Assembly (NCBI RefSeq): GCF_006345805.1
Contig: NC_043000.1
Location: 22,134,001 to 22,198,000 of the forward strand
DNA from: Octopus sinensis
Lineage: Eukaryota
Direction: 5' to 3'
Length of the DNA stretch: 64,000 bases
Below the pieces are notes generated by a model, which saw only the letters and a list, made by a program, of their open reading frames with translations, was not told the DNA's origin and ran no database searches. Shown piece after piece: positions 57,017 to 64,000 of this stretch. Position 1 is the stretch's first letter; each line of letters opens with the position of its first letter. The position numbers and the translations under genes were made by a program.

Positions 57017-60000
57017 AGCGAGCGAGCTCTGCATGTGTGTGCATTTAAAAAGAGTGCATTGCTATATTTTAGATTCATGAATTTTCTTAGAATAAGTTGT
57101 GGCATTAGATTAAGTTTTGAAATGGTATCTAAGGGAATGCAAAAGTTCTGGTTGCCTTCTTCTCAACTGACAATAGCCCCCTACCCCAACCCTCCAACTG
57201 AAAACTTTTTCTATTTCCATACCCCAATGACAGTTATAAGTTTATTTTCTGATAAATCAAGATAGTTTCTATTAAATTATTTGAAAGTATAATTTGTTAA
57301 TTTTCAACTATTATATGCTTTTTATTTTATTATTTTTTTTTTTGGTGGGGGATGGATAATTTGACCACATATATATATGTATATAGACCTGTATACATTT
57401 TCATTGCATTCTACCATTTTTAGCTGTGTAAAAATTTGTATATTTGCTTTTAATCTTTCACTGTTGTTAGCTTATGCTTTCTGCACATATTTTTCATAAT
57501 TGCTAGCTAGCTTTTTTTCATGCCTTGTTGCTTAAATTAATATTTGTTTCTTTTGCACATAGTTTACAAAAAAGAAAAAGTATATTATCTTAATGCTTCT
57601 CTTTCACTAGATGAACTACAATCTCGTACGGAAGTACGAAGTCCCCAGCTATAAGTATAATTTCATAACTAACCATAACATTAACCACGAAACATCTAAG
57701 TTCAAATTAGGGATGCCTTCTGTGACTGAGTTATCTACCAAAATAGGGAATACTTCAATAATTGGCAAGAATACAGTGCATAGGAAACTTTACAAGGAAT
57801 GTTGCAAAATACTTGTCTTGCTTTTTTGAATGAGTAATTTGTTCATTTGGTTATTTTTGTCCGTAACATTGTTTTTGGCTCATTAATTGCAAAATAATTC
57901 ATTTACTAATATATTTTAATTGGTTGTCCATATTAAAAGAAATAATAAAACTAGGGTATTTATCAAGTTTACAGCATGCTGACATAACTTGAGCAATAAA
58001 AAAAAAAAAAGATTGATGCTCCCTTGTGGCATCCACTAAGAAAGAGTTCTATAGTCTTAACTCTAGAGAAAAGTTTTGCGTGTGTGTTTGAGATAATATG
58101 GGATGCTTCATGGACATTATTTGTCTTTTCCTAAGTTCTTAATCAGTTGTACTTCTGAGGTGCTTATGGTTGGGTTAGCATATTTCCAACAAAAATATTA
58201 CATTATCTTCTCTCTTTCTCTCTCTCTCTAACTAAATGAGTATTTTGTACATAGCCATTAGGAATAGTTATCTCATCAAGTTTGCTTTATACTAGTTAGA
58301 TTTCACTTAATTCCTTAAAATATTAGTCCTTTGTATTAAAACAAATCAATGGTATCTCCCTTCCGAAATTGAAAAAAGTTCAGTTAAAACTGTTTTTGAA
58401 TTCTTCTCTTAACTTTCTCTCTTTACTCCTCTTGAAAGCAGGTGTGCAATAGTCTGTTTTGATTGGAGTTCACCAGCATCTTGTTGTTCTACCTTTCTTT
58501 GCTTTCTCACAAGATCTTGAAACATTTTAGTTTGGAATCTTTTTTCATGTTTGTTTATACTTTCAATAATTTAGTGGAATATTGTTGTCATGGTCATTAT
58601 TACTTTCTTTGTTATGGTTATTCCTTTTTCTCTCGCTGTGTTAATGTTGGACTTGGGTGTTATTAGTATTGGTTACATTAAGGTTACAATGTTATTGATA
58701 ACAATTTCCAAGTATGGACAAAACTTTTTAGAAGTATTCTTTTACAAATTTCAGTCTTAGATTGCACAACTGCTTTCCATAGTTTAGTCAATTATAAATC
58801 CTATTACTTATTTCAGTCTAGTACACTTTGGTTTCTATTTTCTGGTTTGAAATATATTTTATATTTGTCTAATTTTTTTAAAAATAAAATATTTGAAATT
58901 AACTTTTCCATTTAGTCCCCCACCTCCCTATTTTTTTTAAAATTTGCATCTTAGCAGTCTCGGTACAACCTGTCGGTATCTAGAATATGTTGATCTTGGT
59001 TTTACATTTCAATTTTTAAAATGCGTAGAATTTCTAGCATACAAGACTTAAGATAAAAGTCAAAGCAAAAATTTGTGCAATGCTGTAAAACAAAACCCTG
59101 TATTTTAGTTTTGTTTTAGAATATCACACAACTTTTAGTTCCAACTTCCAACGGAAAAGGTTATTCATGTTATTGTTGATTTGCATGATTTCTTCAGAAC
59201 AGTGTTAGGTAAAACCAAAATATAAAAATTTTATTTGATGTTTTGGTGCTGGTGGATGATGTTAGCTTTTGTGATTACAACTTTGCAATCTATCCTAGAA
59301 ACTTCATTTTCTTAAATTCCTATGTTTCTACTTGCTCCACTTATCTGCTATTCTTATAAACACTAGTATAAGATTACAGCTTTTACTGTCTGGCTACTAT
59401 TAAAGTATCTTCTCCAACATAGTTACTGCATGAGCTTATTTATGCCTAATGTTTTTATCGTAAACTATACCTAGACTTGTTTATTATAGTTTTTTAACTT
59501 ATCAAATGGCTTGAATTGTTTCAATTTAAGTTCAGGTTATTTAAATATTGGTTTCTTTTGATTAGGCACAACTGCCCTACATTTCAAGGGTGTAGAGAAA
59601 GAGAAATTGTGACATACCTTTCCCAAGGGCATTAGTGGCATAAGTGAGATGAAATGTCATTAAATGGGAATCAAAAGTGAATCATAAACATAACTTGCTA
59701 GAATTTGTTTCTTGCTCTGCAATATTCCCCCAGATATTATTTAAGTATGTATCTCATCCATGTAAACGCAATCACTAGTTTTTGTTTTTATTTATGTGGA
59801 AATGTGTTAAAGACCCTATGTAAAGTTTATTATAGCTTTCTTCGAATAATAGATATTAGAATGATTGAAAGAGAAATTCGTTTAAATGTAGTTGTCATTC
59901 TTAATTCAAGTATATATTTAACACTTTTATAAGAAAAGAGGCAACAATCACTTCTTTGTTTTGGCCTGCCAGCCTTAGTTTGGACTGTCTATTGAAGGCT

Positions 60001-60139
60001 TGCAGATTGAAACTTTGAATTCACTGTTGCTCCACTTCTTGTAAAATAAATTGATACTCTACAAAAAGTATTGAGTAATTCTTTTAATTGATTTTATTAT
60101 AACTCAATATAAAAACAAACACAGATATAAATGTAAAGC

Positions 60140-60182
60140 TGTGTGTGTTTATATACATATGTATATATATGTATATATATGT

Positions 60183-60222
<40 letters not shown>

Positions 60223-60629
60223 GTATATATATGTATATATGTATATATATATATATATGTATATATATATAATATGTATATATATATATATTATATGTAT
60301 GTATATATATATATATGTATGTATATATATATATATGTATGTATATATATATGTATGTATATATATATATATGTATGTATTATATATGTATGTATGTATA
60401 TATATTATATATGTATGTATATATATATATATATATGTATGTATATATATATATATTATGTATATATATATATATATGTATGTATATATATATATATGTA
60501 TGTATATATATATATATATGTATGTATATATATATATATGTATGTATATATATATATATGTATGTAATATATATATATATGTATGTATATATATATATAT
60601 ATGTATTATATATATGTATGTATGTATGT

Positions 60630-60674
<45 letters not shown>

Positions 60675-60688
60675 GTATGTATATGTAT

Positions 60689-60740
<52 letters not shown>

Positions 60741-60742
60741 TG

Positions 60743-60779
<37 letters not shown>

Positions 60780-61443
60780 GTATATATATGTATATATATG
60801 TATATGTATGTATATGTATATATATATGTATATGTATGTATATGTATTATATGTATGTATATATTGTATATGTATGTATATATATGTATATGTATATATA
60901 TGTATGTATAATATGTATATGTATGTATGTATGTATATGTATATGTATGTATGTATGTATATGTATATATATGTATGTATATATATGTATATGTATGTAT
61001 ATGTATGTATATGTATATATATGTATGTATATATGTATATGTATGTATATATATGTATATGTATGTATATATATGTATATGTATGTATATATATGTATAT
61101 GTATGTATATATGTGTATGTATGTATATATATGTATATGTATGTATGTATATATATGTATATGTATGTATGTATATATATGTATATGTATATATATGTAT
61201 GTATATATATGTATATGTATATATATGTATGTATGTATGTATATATATGTATGTATGTATGTATATGTATGTATATATATGTATATGTATGTATATGTAT
61301 GTATATATATGTATATGTATGTATATGTATGTATATATATGTATATGTATGTATATATATGTGTATGTATGTATATATATGTATATGTATGTATGTATAT
61401 ATATGTATATGTATGTATGTATATATATGTATATGTATGTATG

Positions 61444-61533
<90 letters not shown>

Positions 61534-61581
61534 TATGTATGTATATGTATATATATGTATGTATATATATATATATATATA
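60140..61581. repeat. ~1.44-kb compound (TA)n/(TATG)n microsatellite
   Basis: Almost purely alternating purine-pyrimidine sequence of TA and TG steps, essentially without C on the plus strand. Confidence 0.97.
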
Positions 61582-64000
61582 TTAAATTACTATTTTGCTT
61601 GTATTACCTTAAAACATAATAAGATCTTTGTTGTTTCCATACATGTAAAGATTGCCATTACTTGAAGAATCGGATATAGGTGTAGCTTGTTAAAAAGCTA
61701 GTGCTAAAGTAGCAGTACTTTTAATATCTCGTTTTGCTACTATACAAATTAGCTTGCGTCTGCTTCCTAGGCTACTTAATGTGTAAATGTTCTCTGTGTA
61801 CCCTATATTATGTGGGTGTGACCTAGAGTAGTTTAGAAGGGAAGTATTAAATGTGTAAAAGGTTATCTGTTTAACATTACTTGGTTGATAGGATGAGGTT
61901 TGAAGATATGTAACAATGCTTAAATTCACTAAATTTAGATAAATTTTTCTGTGTGAGAAATGAATTAATGGCATTGTTGTCTTACAAGATCCTCAAATTA
62001 TCTTGTGCATTATTCATGATGTTAATTCTTTGCAAGTTTTCCAAATAGCAACTGAGATTTATAGTTAGGTTTTAAGGAAGAGAGAGAGAGAGAGAGAGAG
62101 AATGTGTGTGAATGAATGAATGTGTGTTGGGTTGGGACGAAAACATATTTATCTTGCACTGATTTTAAGTAACTACTGCTTTCATTTGATTAATAAAGTG
62201 ATTTTTTTTTTCAATGATAGCTCATACCCCGCATAATGTTTTCTGTGGTTCATCTGGTTAATTTTTTTTAGAATGTTTCAAATTTTGATTAAATCCTTGT
62301 GGGTTAACATTATAAATCTGGCACTTTCTGGCACCAAAAATGAATGCTGCAACAGATTGAAAAGCAAACAATAGACAAATAAATGTCCACTATTGAGATA
62401 GATTGTTTTGTGTAGCTATTGATTTTCAAATAAAGTGAGTTTCCCCATTGTTTTGATTCGCTGTAGTTTAGGGCTAATATTATTGTATTGGATGGGTAGC
62501 ATAGAAGACAGGTAGGCTTTTAGCAAAGTCAATGAATCACTCAATTTTGATTACTGATTGTAAACAATTTGTTATTTTTCATGGTAAAACATGGTCTACA
62601 ATATCCTAAGCTGCTGCTAATAAAATATCAGACTGTACTCATGCTTAAAATCAACATTTGTTTATTTAGATAAAAATTATTCTTTTTAAGTTCTCTCTAT
62701 TCTTCCTATTATAAAGGGGAAAAGTTACGTACCTACTCCACAATCACATTTCCTTTAAAGAAATCCTTAGTGTAAGAAATAATTTTTTAAAAAAATCTTT
62801 GAGAAAATAAAACCCATATTTGTTGCTTTTCTTCTGCATTGGCCTTCCTGACCTTGAGAAATATGAAAATATTTTGAAATGAAATTTAATTGCAGTAAAA
62901 CTAACCCCAACTCTTGAGAATTTGTAACTTGTTTTAATGTGTTTGTGTATGGCACAAATTGGTATTTGGGAATATTTAGTATCAAGGCTCTGTGATCAAA
63001 ATATAGCTTTTACTAAAGCCAGCTAGAATTTAACTTCCATGAGTCATTTTTATTGGGAAGAGTCATATAGTTGATATCAAAACCATTATAGTTGTCAAAG
63101 TTTGTTGGCATTTGATCTCTGAATGATGAAGCAATGAATCTTTGAACTGAAAAAGACCATCAAGCCTGACTCATACTATTTCCAGATTCAATTGTGGACT
63201 CTTGGCCACTAGGTTTTCAATTTAGTAAACTTCTTTTCATTTGCATTAATGTCTATTTTCATTTCCACTCCTAAACTTTTGCAAAAAGTCATTTTCTGCT
63301 TTACTTAAATTAATTTTCTCCCAATCCCAATCTTGCTTTTATCATCCCATCCATTGAAAATTTTGTTTTTTGCTCACAAACTTTGTATCTCTGTCTGTGT
63401 GACTCTGTTTCTCAACATATACACATTCTTTTTCAAACTACTTCAGACTTTTTTTCTGCTTTTATGTTTCTGTATAACAGGAAATAGTAAGTCCATTGAT
63501 TTAACTCTTTCCATTTTAATTTGGAATTAGAATCTTTCCTTAGAACAAATAGAAATTTAAACACTTTAGAAGCTCAAACTTATGGCTGAGTTCTCCAGAT
63601 TTTAATCTTAGTATGATAATTTCTGTGTGTTTAATTGTTAAGCCTCTGGAAATTCTTGAAGATATCATCATTGGTTAATAAGGACCTAATTTCGACCTTT
63701 TGGTATGCTGTCAAATTTTTATTAACTGAAATAGTTCTCACTTTGTTTGAATCTAACAAATCATTTGTTTCTGCTACAGAAACATTTAGTAGTTTTCTCA
63801 GTTGCTTTCATAATGCTTGCTTATTACATAATTGTAAGTGGTTTGTGAGATTGAATTTCTCTTAAGTATTTAGTGTTTTTTTTTAATTGTATTTAAAACA
63901 CATTTATTTAGTTTTCTATCCAGTATTTTCTGTGACTGATACAGCTCCAGAAACATTGTTACTATATTACAAATTCTATTTTCTTTAAACTATGATTCAT

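Noticed and set aside
60143-61665. Five long ORFs up to 480 aa (MYIYVC...)
   Set aside because: Artefact of the TA/TATG microsatellite: alternating purine-pyrimidine DNA cannot form TAA/TAG/TGA.
56912-64000. Kinase-domain exon (expected DD..GHLIY...LGEGTFG for a CLK)
   Set aside because: Searched by eye in the plus frames and not found; it is presumably beyond the window. This is why the CLK assignment remains tentative.

Overview
AT-rich eukaryotic (animal) genomic DNA. The repeat families, (TA)n/(TATG)n microsatellites and (GAT)n-tailed retroposons look like a coleoid cephalopod, most likely Octopus; this is inferred from repeat content, not from a search. The window appears to hold the 5' part of one long plus-strand gene. 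It has a CpG/CCAAT promoter with a non-coding first exon (~11.4-11.5 kb) and two phase-compatible coding exons (39165-39295, 52428-52674) encoding an Arg/Ser/His-rich N-terminus. The layout resembles a LAMMER/CLK (Doa) kinase, but no kinase-domain exon is in the window, so the identity is tentative. A likely alternative Thr/Asn-rich first coding exon (56708-56911) and a cluster of stop-introducing cryptic splice sites follow exon 3. The rest is mostly decayed mobile DNA: RTE-clade LINEs and their tails, tRNA-headed SINEs, Penelope-like elements, a CR1/L2-type fragment, Tc1/mariner, pogo, piggyBac and Helitron derivatives. The most interesting non-annotated signals are: hammerhead-ribozyme-like motifs with variant cores in short elements anchored in (TA)n tracts; a possible HDV-like fold at an RTE 5' end; a 261-bp palindrome; a 117-bp inverted-repeat pair in the intron; several perfect fold-back hairpins; and a 1.4-kb alternating purine-pyrimidine tract. 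No prokaryotic features, CRISPR arrays, rRNA or bona fide tRNA genes were found.
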